The notes under the pieces: model-generated
The model's database searches: none
What the model saw: the letters and a program-made list of their open reading frames with translations, nothing else
Told to the model about the DNA's origin: nothing
Program-made: the position numbers and the translations under genes
Shown here: one piece after another, positions 1 through 14,800 of the stretch
Layout of the letters: every line of letters starts with the position of its first letter
How positions within the stretch are numbered: position 1 is the stretch's first letter
Source: Lingula anatina
Lineage: Eukaryota; Animalia; Brachiopoda
Assembly (NCBI GenBank): GCA_051362555.1
Contig: CM120640.1
Coordinates: 61,172,788-61,236,787 of the forward strand
Length of the DNA: 64,000 nucleotides
Reading direction: 5' to 3'

Positions 1-841
1 TGGGCCAGAGGTAAAAGATTTCACATCCCTGAGTCTCAAGCCGAACCATGTTCCTGGTAAACAGCTTGCACACACTGGAAAAACTTCTGTTGGAGAATAT
101 GCTGTAGCCAGGGTTGATGATCTTATAAACTGGGGCAGAAGGGTAAGTTAATTCTTCTATACCCATGCGACCCCTTTAAAACCTGTGTAAATATAGAAAA
201 ATTACATCAATCAGCATAAAGTTAAATTACCATTGACTATCTCATACATAAAATTTTATCTGCAAAATCTTTGGTCTTCCAGACTTAATTTTGTTTAGAA
301 AGACAAAACTATCATTGTTCTGGAGTTTAGCCAAGGCATCGTTCACCTGAAAAATCCAAATTCCAAAAATCCATTGGCGGTATCTAGTGATCACGGTCTG
401 TGCCCTGAATACCCTGCGGCCTAATTCTGTAACTAGCAGAGCGAGTGAGTTACTTCCAAAGCTGTAATTAAATCTTGGTTGTGCTCGGAGGAGATTCTGA
501 CACCTGGACGCATGCGCAGTAATAAGCTAGAGAGAAAGAAAATGGCCCTTGGGGGGTATTAAGGGCACAGACCATGATCACTAGATACCGCCAATGGATT
601 TTTGGAATTCGGATTTTTCATGTGAACAGTGCCCAAGTCAGATGCATTCAAACACAAATAGTCCAGTATCCATGTGATTTTAACATCATCATCCTTATCA
701 TGGTGTAATTTACAGTGTTATTTTCTTAAATATTTTGGATAGAAATTGATAATAATTGTTTACCAATTTTAATGACAACTAAGTATTTAAGATCTACTTG
801 GATTCATTGTGCTTTTTTTCTGGATGTTTTTGTTTTATATT

Positions 842-880
<39 letters not shown>

Positions 881-1987
881 AGGGTGTAATTTCTCCCATG
901 GGTCAGTCTCTAGGGTTATCATTTTCTTCTCTTTATGTCAGGGTTCAATCTGGCCATTAACATTTGGTCTTGCCTGCTGTGCAGTAGAAATGATGCATTT
1001 CGCTGCACCAAGATATGACATGGACAGGCTTGGTATGGTGTTCAGAGCAAGTCCACGCCAAGCAGATTGTATTATAGTTGCTGGGACTCTCACAAACAAA
1101 ATGGCACCAGCCCTTAGAATGGTAGTTATGCTGCCCATGTTTGACACAACTCTCATTGACAAGTTATTTTTTATATATGGACAAATTTTAAGTTTGAGAA
1201 TAAAAGAAAAATATGTAGTATGTTTTTCATGCACCATTCTATTTTGTAATAAGAAAGTACAGAATTGATTTATTTACCAGATATTAACAAAGAAAGAAAA
1301 ATAAGTTTCCACTTTTTAGTATGATTGATACTGATTAATTCAATTTTAGATTTATGATCAGATGCCTGATCCCAGATGGGTAGTGAGCATGGGAAGTTGT
1401 GCCAATGGTGGAGGTTACTACCACTATGCATATTCGGTAGTAAGGGGATGTGACAGGATTTTGCCTGTAGATGTATATGTACCAGGCAAGTTTTTTAATT
1501 ATTTTTTAACTTTGGCAAATACTGCAGAAAAGTACACTTGATAAAAATTCACTTTAACTTGTATAAGGCAAAAAGACTTGCACAGATATTTAGAACTAAG
1601 TAAATATCTTTAACACTAAGATGAGACTTAAAAGTTTGGTATAAACACAGTGACGTTGGTCAGCCAAGTTGACATTTTACTACAATCTGCAAAATAATAT
1701 AATTTGAAATAAAATGTTCTGGTTACTTAAAACTCTTTTGTCACCCTACTAAGAATTAATTGCAGTCTTTGTAATAATTGAGATGTAAATGAATACTTTA
1801 TTTTCTTCCAGGTTGTCCACCATCTGCAGAAGCATTGTTATATGGAATGCTTCAGTTGAAAAAGAAGATTAATAGAGATCAAAGAAAGTACCATTTTTTC
1901 AGACAACACATGGCAGCACGTAAGAGAATGAAAAAAGATGAAATAGAACATTTATCAGATTACAAGAAACTTGAGAATGGCCAATGA
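1..1987 (+). CDS. NDUFS7: NADH:ubiquinone oxidoreductase core subunit S7 (PSST), 5'-partial; exons <1-142, 942-1121, 1350-1485, 1812-1987
   Basis: Spliced translation gives [17 protein letters not shown]|[19 protein letters not shown]...RASPRQAD...NKMAPALRM|[26 protein letters not shown]...DVYVPG|[11 protein letters not shown], the invariant N2-cluster motifs. Introns are in phase: two GT-AG and one GC-AG. Stop TGA at 1985-1987. Confidence 0.98.
335..633. mobile_element. PIF/Harbinger-type palindromic MITE in an NDUFS7 intron
   Basis: About 80-bp inverted arms, GGCATCGTTCAC...GATCACGGTCTGTGCCCT / AGGGCACAGACCATGATC...GTGAACAGTGCC. Flanked by a 3-bp direct repeat CAA (332-334, 634-636). Confidence 0.8.
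845..877. repeat. (TA)n microsatellite
   Basis: Direct reading. It produces the spurious YIYIYI ORFs. Confidence 0.95.
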
Positions 1988-2599
1988 GATGAGCAGCTTA
2001 TTGATTACTACTCAACAATCTGTACTCACGTGATAAGGATCTGCTTGACTGAACTTTCAATGTTTTGTTCACAAGAACAGTGTGACAATGATTAATAACT
2101 CAGAATTGCTGGAAACTTGCATTGCATGCTTTGTTGCACTTTCAGTTATATATTAAAAGAGATTTGAAATGTGACACCTTGTTTAACCTAGAATTTTGTT
2201 AATGATTAACTTTTTCAAGTGACTCCATATTATCAGAGGCCTGTCATTGTTAAACATAATTGGACTTTGTATAAAAGACCAGTTTGAGGACATAAATATT
2301 AAAAAAAAAAACAAGTTCATTTTCATATTATAACTAAGCGGACAAGATTTCAGTTCATGTGAAAAGCTCTGAAGATATACTAAATGCAGAGTACGCTTAC
2401 AATGAAGCAAAAGTGAACATTTGATTGTGGAATTGTCTGACCAAGGCATTTCACAAAAGCATAAAAAAAGGCTACATTTTTTTAATCAACCAAAGCCTGT
2501 GGATCAGTTTTAAACCTGCTTCAAGGCTGGCTAAAGCTTTAGCTAGCCTCTGAAATGAAGCAGGGGAGGGTAAATAAATCTTAATTTCAAATAGCAAAT

Positions 2600-2930
2600 G
2601 CCTTCTATACAATGTTTTGTCAGACTGATTGATCATGGTTATTAAAGTACACATATTCCGATGCCCGACTTTGTTATTGCCATCAGAGACGGTTTCTAGT
2701 TTAGCTTCAAAACTATTTGTTTAACTTTCAAACTAGTGAGTGGCTTTGTCTGTCCTTTTTTTTATACAGGAGCATTTGATTTTGTCCGTTTAGTTTTTTA
2801 CTGTGTATTTCATCTCTGCACATATTTCACTCAGTGACTGCCTTGGGCTTACACCTGTATTAGTTATTCTCCCCACAAATAATAATTGTCTTTACATTTT
2901 TAGTTTTACAGTTGTCATAGAGCTCAATAG
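2600..2930 (-). mobile_element. Possible decayed LINE AP-endonuclease fragment
   Basis: A broken minus-strand frame reads ...NVKTIIICGENN*..., resembling the IIxGDFN motif of LINE APE domains. Many stops. Confidence 0.3.
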
Positions 2931-3127
2931 CTTATCAACACAAGTCAGTAAAAAAGACAAAGACTTATTCATAAGTGTTTTATTACCAGACTTTCATGGG
3001 TTCTGGAGAGAAAAGCACAATATTTACACGTTTTTCTTTTTATCTTCTCTCAGAGTTTTGTTTCTTCTTATATCCTGTGCCTTTCAGATGTTATGTGGCA
3101 ATATTCTAATTTTGGTAATGGAAACAT

Positions 3128-5571
<2,444 letters not shown>

Positions 5572-5876
5572 CTTGGATGTTGCCTGCTAAAGAGGGCGCT
5601 TATTCTGCGGAAGTGTGACAGGTGCGTGCGCCAGCTGCCGTCCCGACATTCAAAGCGAAGAGCAGAAGGTTCAATCATCTAAGACAGTTCTCTGCTTTCA
5701 TTTGCATTTTTCACGCTCTCGTGACTAAATGGAATCAACCCAGTTGGACAAAATTTAAACTCTCGTGAAACATTAACACCAGATGGCGCCGAAAAGTGGT
5801 CGTCCCCTAGAGGGATCCATCATTTGTAGACAGATACTTGACTGTGTAGAGGGGCCGTCAGTGTGGGAATGTCAAA
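5572..5876. promoter_or_regulatory. Bidirectional promoter RPS15/EPB41L4A with a TCT/5'TOP initiator for RPS15
   Basis: The two start codons are about 305 bp apart and the region is CpG-rich. The minus strand reads CCCTCTTT at 5596-5589, about 20 nt before the ATG, typical of ribosomal-protein TCT/TOP starts. ACACCAGATGGCGCC (5776-5790) resembles YY1/CTCF motifs. Confidence 0.75.
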
Positions 5877-8800
5877 ATGCCGAACTTTACAAAACTAATC
5901 AATTTGTTTCGGAGTAATAAGGATCGAGCTGCAGCCGGACCAAACAAAGACATGCCTTGCTTAGGTGATAAATCAAAGGAATGTATTTGTGATGTCCTGT
6001 TATTGGACGATACACAAGTTAGATATGAATTGAAGGTGGGTATCCACGTCTTTCTTCTCGGACCAATCGGTACTTATATCACGACTAACCCACCTGCTTA
6101 AAATCGCTGTCAGAGTAGAGAAGTTATTTCACCAAGGTTATACCTTAGGAAATACAGTAAAGAAATCAGAATCAGAGGTGGGTTTCGGTTTATGGTGAAA
6201 TCAACATCTAAAGATGTGTTCATTTTAGGTGATTTTAGCCAACAGTGGTCATATGTTGTGATTAATGTTGTTCTCTTCATACAAAAGCTCGGTGTAATTA
6301 AAATACATCATCATATGGGTTTGCCATTCACATCATTATCATCAGCTAGTTTTGAATGTTTTTTAAGTGTGTAAGCATTTTAATTTTAGGATCAGATAAC
6401 TTGGTGTTATATCCGACTTAGTTTTGTAAGATATCAGCTCGTGTGTTTATCAAGTTCTTGTTAAACAAGATAGCTGTTTAGCCTGAAAACCAGATAGCTG
6501 TTTAGCTTTGAGTAGTCATTGGATGGCCATATTAATGAAGTACTAGTATAATGATAATTAAAAATTTCTACATAACCCACTAGATCTCTTGTATTACCAA
6601 GTGCTACATGCAGATTAAAACAGATCTACAGACCATACCTAGTATTATTAAGAATCTCTTGTTTGATAAACACTTTGGCATGGTTCACATGGAAAGTCTA
6701 TTTTCTAAAAATCTATTTTCTATTCACGGTATATCTTGTGATCACGGTCTGTGCCCTGAATGTCCCGCGGCGTAATTACTGGCAGCGCGAGCCAGTTACT
6801 ATAAGTTACTATAAGTAACTGGCTCGCGCTCTTTTACTTTGTTGTAGCTAGGTTTTAAATGTAATATGAAATTTAAAATAATTATGGTCCATTTTGTTTT
6901 GTATGGATCATCCTGGTATAATTTATCCAAAGAAAATCTGTTTGCGTCTTATGTGTCAAGTGACTGGCAAGTAAGGTTTATGTGCCCTGTTTATATGCAC
7001 TGTTTATTTTAGGTTGAATATGTCATGAATACATATGGAGCATTCAGTCTGCCCATACAACTCTACTGGAATCAAACCTATGACCTTCCATCTTCTTGAC
7101 TAGGTTTTCCACCCAATTAGCGATTGGGCTTTAGTCTTTTTTCTATTAGAAAAAAATACTGTTTTGAGATATGAGCAAGTGTATTATTCTTTTGTCTTAC
7201 TTCAAGGCAAATTTGCTTCCTGTCTAGACATTGATTTACTGCTGTAATGCTTCTTTCTGTTGCCTCATTTATGTGAAAAGCAAAAAATAAATATAGTTAT
7301 GAAAAATGATTGCACTATTTATTTCATAGATTTACACACTGCAGAGGGGTATGCAGTTTCTTTTTAGGGAGGCCAAGTCAATGCAATCTGTTGCTAATGT
7401 GCTAAACATGATAATGAGAACCAATTAAGGACATTAATTATTTTTATTGATCTCTGGCTAATTAGTATTTAAAGATGTGCAGAATGAGGGCAGAGCAAAC
7501 TCCACGTACTGTGTCATTGAGAAAAAGTATTTTCAGTTAGTTATATAATGCTATGTTTGAACACACCTAATCCTGTCGTTCTCTTATTATGTCCAGCCTC
7601 TCCTGTTTTGCTTGGTAATCAATAGCACACCCATATATCCATAGAGTTGACATACCATAATCAAATGTTTAAAGTCAATTCCTACTATTTACTTTATCTG
7701 CTTTTGCAGATGCTGGATAAACTACAGAATAGGAAAGAGCAATATTTGTAGAGACATTTTATTTGAATGCACTAGGTACAGCTCGCTGTCCCTGTAGAGC
7801 TTTGAGAGATTTTTTGGGATTTCATATAATGAAATTGTTTTATCTTAAATCAATTGCAAAAACAGTTACATTGTATAACTCAAGAATAATAATAAAAAAA
7901 AACTTTAAGCCTGCAGTTTAGATCGTTTTGTACATACCATTATTGTCGTGCTCTGCAAGACCCTAATAGCAGGTGTTCTTTATCTGAGTTAACATACCAT
8001 GATTCAGGTATAGTTCTGACTTCCTACCATAGTTGTATGTGAAGACTGATAAGCCAGTATGTCTTTCTGTATCACATTCTGGTGGTTGAGCAGTGAATTG
8101 AGAAGGTTCATTTTTCAAAAAAGACATGATGTGTGCCTCCCACTGTTGCAGCTTAGAGTTGAATGGCGGAATTAAACAAGTTTTGATATGTTATTCATGG
8201 ATCATGATGTCAGTGGTTTTGTAAGTCTTTCTCTAGAGCTATATATATTTCACAAAGGAAGGTTTCTCATAACACGCACATTACCTGTGGGGTAAAAAAA
8301 AGTTAAAGGATATTATCACAACAGTAAATTTAAAAATGTTGTCCTGAGAGTGAATAGACACACCTCTTTTCAATAATGTACCTTAACAGTTCTTATAAAG
8401 TTATAGATAATGGACAGATAATAGCACTGCAGTTGCAGAATTGGCGGTAAGGGAACTGTTTAGATGAAGTATTGTAAGATGGCAATATGGGGTGATGGCA
8501 TTAGTGTATTTTAATCATATGTGTTTATAGCTTGTGAAATTCAGCTTTTATGGGAGTTAACATCAATTCTAACTTCATGTAAGGATGTCTTTTCAGATTA
8601 TCACATCACAATGTTAACATAATGGATAGTCTATCATTATTTAGTCGGCCTGTCAGCAGTAATGCCTTGGCACATAAAGCACAATGATTCTTCAGGTAGA
8701 AATCCTTTGAAATGGTTAAATATATTGTGAATAGTGGAATATTAGGTTACCAAAGGGTTGACCTATGAAATCTTATATCTTTTTTTACTGCAGATGAGGC

Positions 8801-11800
8801 AGGTGAATGAATCTAAAACCACTGCTCTTGTTTTTATTTTGCCAAGTTAACATTGATAAATGTGCATACAAGTTTACTGCTTTATCAAACAATTCATGAG
8901 AAATGTGTTAATTACTTTAGATTACTGTGACTGCTGGCAAACATGACACAAATTCCAAGCCAACTAATTTGACTATGAGAGATGCAAGTCCGTAGTCATA
9001 TCTTTTCAATAGCCACCTTATCAATCCATTTGATTAATGTCTGGAAACTATCATTACAAGATGCTTTTAGATAAATAACAATTTTAAATGTATCTTTAAG
9101 GGATTTGTGTTCCATGGTTGAATTTATAGGAGATGGAAAGAAATATTGAATGCCTTGATTTTGGGCTTATTTTCATACACTACAAGTATCAAATTATTGC
9201 TTCTGATAAACCCATAGAAGTCCATGCATGCTGCCATATCTTGAAAATCTAAGTTTATGATTAATCACAGTTGGGTGCCCATAGGCAGATTTGTAGTAAC
9301 ACCCAAATCCTGCAACTTTTTGATACGATTAAGTAAATATTCAACAAAATCATGTAGGGTAAGTACATAACTATTGCATGTTACAATGATTTTTTCAACA
9401 TGACTGCTTCTCTTCACCCCTGAATATGCTACAAAAACATCAGGTGAATGTGGTCGGCCTGCGGAGTTGTGATTCTTTGTGGTGGAATGTGCTTTGAATA
9501 ATGTTGGATAGGTAATAAGTTGAGTCTGGGATATTATTGTCCTAGTAATTTGTGCTGAAGCCCAAGTAGTGGATGTATTGATGATATTTGATATATTCAT
9601 TATAATTCCTTTTACCAACTGAGACTTTACTCTAAGAGTTTTATGTTATCCGGAAATATGAATGGTCAACATAATGCACACCTTCATTCCTTCTCAAAGA
9701 TAATAATATGCATTTGTGATCTTTGTTAAATCACAGTTATTTTCCCTTGTATGGTCAAATGTATCAACAGGCAAGAAAATGTATTTCTGTTCCCTGATGT
9801 CTCTAACCCATAGTGTCTAAAGTGTAAAAATCCGGTTATAATTCATGTATATATTGACTTGTAGCACTTACACAGGTGCTGCTGCAAGGGCCCCACTTCT
9901 CAAAATTAAGCTGAAAGTTTGTTTTCACTCTCTGAACATTTAAGTTTGCAAAAACTAGGGATAAATCAAAGCCATGTCTACTTGAATGAGGGTATTAGGC
10001 CTGATTGACAAAAATTCAGAAACGTTTGTTTTAGACCAACAATTGGTTGTTTTATCCTAGTGGACTATTACAGATTTTGCTTGGATCAAAGTTCTCTAAA
10101 TTGTTAGGTCTTAAAGTTAAGAAATGTATTTAACTAATTTCATTTGTAAATCGGAGGTACAGGAATTTGTTCACATTTAGTTGTCATTTTCAATTCCCTA
10201 CCTGAATTTGACTAAGATGTGTGGAAACGATATGTTCTCTATTTAAATATGCTAGCAATCTTTTAAACATGGTCAACTATTATTATGCACCAAAAGCTCC
10301 TAACTTAATGTAGTATGCTATATTTATTCATATTGTTTGGTATAGTATGCTTAATTTATTGGCATTGTTGGAAAAATATTGTCATATAATTTACCTTGTG
10401 TGTCAAATCTTGAAAAAATTATAAAACATTGATAGGTGTTTTAATTTGGTTGTAAATGAATGGTAGATTCAAACTTGGACAAATAAAATGTTTAACTTGT
10501 CCAAGTTTGAAACCAGACTTGCTGATTTATTGGCATGATTAAGATGAATCATTTTATAAATATGCATTTAAAAATAATTACTTTTGATTTGTAAGCTGTA
10601 ATTTTATTATTTGTAACTTAGGATATAATATACAAATTTATTTTGTTTCTAGGCTAGTTGCAAGGGCCAAATTCTGTTGACCAGAGTGTTTGAGCATCTG
10701 AATTTGTTGGAAACAGACTATTTTGGCCTCCGTTATTTAGATGACTCAAACCAAACAGTAAGTATCCCTGCCTGTGCCACATAGCGTGTAAGCTGTTTCA
10801 GATGGGGTTATGGAAATAAAAATGTCTGTTTTAGGAATATGGATTAAAAAGGGACCTTTTCAGATTATTTTAAGAAGAATTTGAGGGTAAATAGAGTCAT
10901 TATCCAGTTTCTACTTGTGGACATAAAGTATGGTATATATCTGCAGGCTCTTTTAGATGAGTGATCTTGTTTCTAAGGAAGTAGAAAAAGGGAACAAAAC
11001 AAATGCTAGAGATAATGCTTTAGTGATACCTGAACTAATAAGTGACCGTGTCACTCAAGATCCAATTTCAAGATGCTTGTTATTTAAGTGCAGTCTGCCA
11101 TTTTATGTTTACAGAAAACGCAGTTGGATGGCATAGAACATGTGTTGTTTTCTTGTCATTTCTTTACATAGTAGGCTTTTTAAGGCAGCTCACAAATTAT
11201 TTACTAAAGGACTTTTGTCATTTTTTTGTAAACAATTATTACTTGTTAACACCAATAGGTGTCAGCAAATTGTCCTCTGGACTGAATTGTACTATTGTAA
11301 CATTGATTTAAAAAGCTTTTAGTAATATGTCCCTTTGATGCAGATGAAAAGTTTTGCAACACATTTAAAGTCATTATTAGATAACTGTGAGATCATGTAA
11401 AAAAAAAAAAAAACCCTGGCCCATCAGTGAGAAATTGTATCAGCTCCCTGAATATTGTTTAAAACATGTTTTTCCTATGGTATGTATGGCTGGTTAAAAG
11501 TATCCATATATTGAAATACTTACACTAAACAGTGAAATGTCAGAAGGTATTGCTGCTAGATGTGGATTTAAACATAAAAGTATGCTAAATACAATGGAAG
11601 GCAAGGCAAAAAAAAAAAAACTGAATAGTGGAAATTTATTTTTTCTTTTTCTTTTTAGCACTGGCTTGATGCATCTAAAACACTGAGCTCTCAATTAAGA
11701 AGTAAGTATATTATGAATGCTGTTTAGCAGTACTTGTAGGTTCATCTGCACTAAAATTTTGCTGAAAATATTCCAAATGAAATGTCAAAGTAACAGATTC

Positions 11801-14800
11801 TCCTGGTGCAAAGATTATTTTATATTTATATATATATATAGTGTCATATATATATATATATATATATATAGTGTCATATTACATTGATTAAAAGTGTATT
11901 TAAATTTGCCATTGTACTACTGCTGCAGGAGGATGTTCTTGACCTCAAAATTAACTTGCCTTTGACATTAAAAAAGGTGGTAAAATGAATGGTAGCTGTT
12001 GCTGTCTTGAAGGATAACATGGCCATTAGATTGATGTTGTGACATGTGTTTACACAGTTGGTTTGGTTAAATTATTAGTCTGAATGAGTGTCTCCCATCT
12101 GCGTCCTCGGGGTTTAATCAGATTTTATTGTTTATCATGCTTTTTCTTTACAGCTGGTGCCCCCCATACATTGTATTTTGGAGTTAAATTTTATGCTGCA
12201 GATCCATGCAAGCTTCATGAAGAAATTACTAGGTATAGTTTTTGCAGGTTCTTTAAAAGACCAAACACTCAAATAATTGTAATAAAAGAGATCAAACTAA
12301 ATAGTGCATAGCTAAATTGTTATTCTCAGTATGCAGTATTTTTTGCAATTTATTTGTATCTAGACACTTTGGAAATTACAATTCATGTCTAAAATATGGA
12401 TGACTAAATGTGAACTTCTGATTAGTATTCTATGCAAGTATACATGGTGATTTGGTTAGACATTAATGGTCTAAAGAATGAAATGCCATTTTCATCAGTC
12501 TGAAGGTGTAGAGGCTACAGTTATGTCTTAAAATGTAAAATGGCTTTTTAGGACTAAATGGTGTTAATAGTAGTATGTGAAAATTTGGGTATCGTGCTTG
12601 AAGTCTGATTTGAAATTGACCATCAATTAGTCATTTATTTTTGCTTGTTGTGAAAATATGTTAAATGATTAAAAAATGGATAAAGTGTGGAGGGTGTAGG
12701 TTTTTGGTGTCCCAAATTAAAGATTGCTGACAATTGCCTTATATGTGGTTTTCATGAATTGAGCCATATTTCAAAATGAATGAGATCCTGTCACTAATTT
12801 CAAGTTATAAAGTGGTAACCACCTTGTGATACACTATGTAGGAAAAAAAGTTACCTTTGAAGCTAATTATGATATTGTTGTTTTAGTTAGGGATTTTTTT
12901 TTTCAGATACCAGTTTTTTCTACAAGTGAAGAAAGATGCATTGCAGGGACGTATGCCTATTCCTTTTGATATCGCAGCAGAGCTATGTGCTTTTGCAGTA
13001 CAATGTAAGCAAAAAGCATTCATGCAAAGAAGTAAAAAAGAAAAGTTAACTGCTAACTACCTCATGGTTCATATGGATTTAACATATAAAAGAGCTGATG
13101 TGTGAAGAAATGTTTAGTTTCAAACATTTATATAGAGTTATCTTTAATTATAATAGAATTATTTTTATATCACAGAAGCTTAGCCTCTATCATGATGCTC
13201 TTTCATATTAGAAAAGATGGTTTCATGACTTGATATATGAATAATGTTTAATTGCAGCTGAGTTGGGTGATTTCGATCCCAAAAGACATTTGAAAGGTTA
13301 TGTGTCTGAATTCCGCTTTGTACCAAATCAAACAGAAGAACTAGAAGACAGGATAGCCAGGATCCATAAGACACTTGCGTATGTGAAGTTATATTTTTTT
13401 ATTCATGTAATAATATATCACATATAATACTATCATTTGTATTACAAGGCTTTACCTACACTTCCATAGTACTTGTATCATTGACATATTTCATTGACAC
13501 TCTCATTTAATTTTGTGTGTACCATTTTCATGCAAAAGCTGTTTAATTCAAGTATCAAGTTTATAAACCTTCTGAATAAAATAAAAGGTTTTTTGTATGA
13601 CATGGTTAACAAACAGGAAAAGATGTTTGACATTTTAAAGAAGTAGTTTAAGAGAATTGTTTCATAGAAAATCTAATGCAAAAATTTCAAAACCTTATGA
13701 AATATGATGAAAAAAATGTATAATTACAAATTGCTGAATTTTTAAGAAGATTAAAAGAAGATTAGAAGTAGAAGCTTTGTCAATAATGATTTATTATATA
13801 TATATATATTATATAGATTTCTGTTTTAGCTATACTAATTAATGCTTTGATTACAGTGGTCAAGTGCCAGCAGTTGCAGAATACATGTTTCTCGACAAAG
13901 TGAAATGGTTGGAAATGTATGGAACTGACCTCCACCCAGTTTTGGTAAGGCCAGATTGAATGTTGACTTACTCTTTATTTCAAGTACATGTTTGAAACAG
14001 GTCAGGGTTTACAGCAGTCTGCATACAGCAGCAATTAAGATTTTAGTCTTGGGAACATGTCTGCATGTGTAACCGGCAAATGTTTTAAATTTGTCACATT
14101 TGTCACTGTTGGTGCCAAATGTAAACATGTCTTTCATTTTCCTTTGGGTCAACTTGGTACAGAACATGTGTTGAGTGGGTCAGTAAACATGCAAGACATA
14201 TTTATCAATTAAATTAGCACCACATCACTGTAGTTTTTTACCAGTTTCACAGAACATATATTGTGGCCTTACATGTTATAATAATGAATACAAACTGTTT
14301 TTTAAGGGAGAGGGCAATTTAGAATATTTTGTTGGACTCACACCCACTGGAATAGTTGTGTTCAGAAATAAATCAAAGGCTGGTAACTACTTCTGGTAAG
14401 TGTTGAAGGAGATTTATTACTGTTTAGTGACTTGGACTTTTGACCCAGTGGTGCAATATCTTCTTTAAGTTTCTGAAGTTAAAAAGTTAAGCTATGAAAT
14501 GCCCCTCATGTTACTTAATTGCACACTACAATCTATAGTAGAAATGTGGCAGTGACATAGGTGTTGAAAAAGTTGTGTATGTGAGTAAATGTGTTGGATT
14601 ATTTTTGGTTATATGCATCATATCATATAGGTGTAAAATTTTATTTGTTGTTGTTGAAATTTTTGTTATTGTTTTAGGCCAAGGATATCAAAAGTCAGTT
14701 TCAAAGGGAAAACATTTCATATCAGGGTAAAGGACAAAAATGTAAGTTGATATTCACATTTTTATCTCTTGGTTATTTAAATTTTAATAAATTCTTTTGA

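Noticed and set aside
772-1268. ORF-track 62-aa and 156-aa ORFs with YIYIYI runs
   Set aside because: Only 942-1121 is an NDUFS7 exon. The rest is intron and (TA)n read-through.
9470-9500. FKAHST resembling the tyrosine-recombinase HSTR motif
   Set aside because: The catalytic Arg and downstream motifs are absent. The surroundings fit a decayed LINE RT better.
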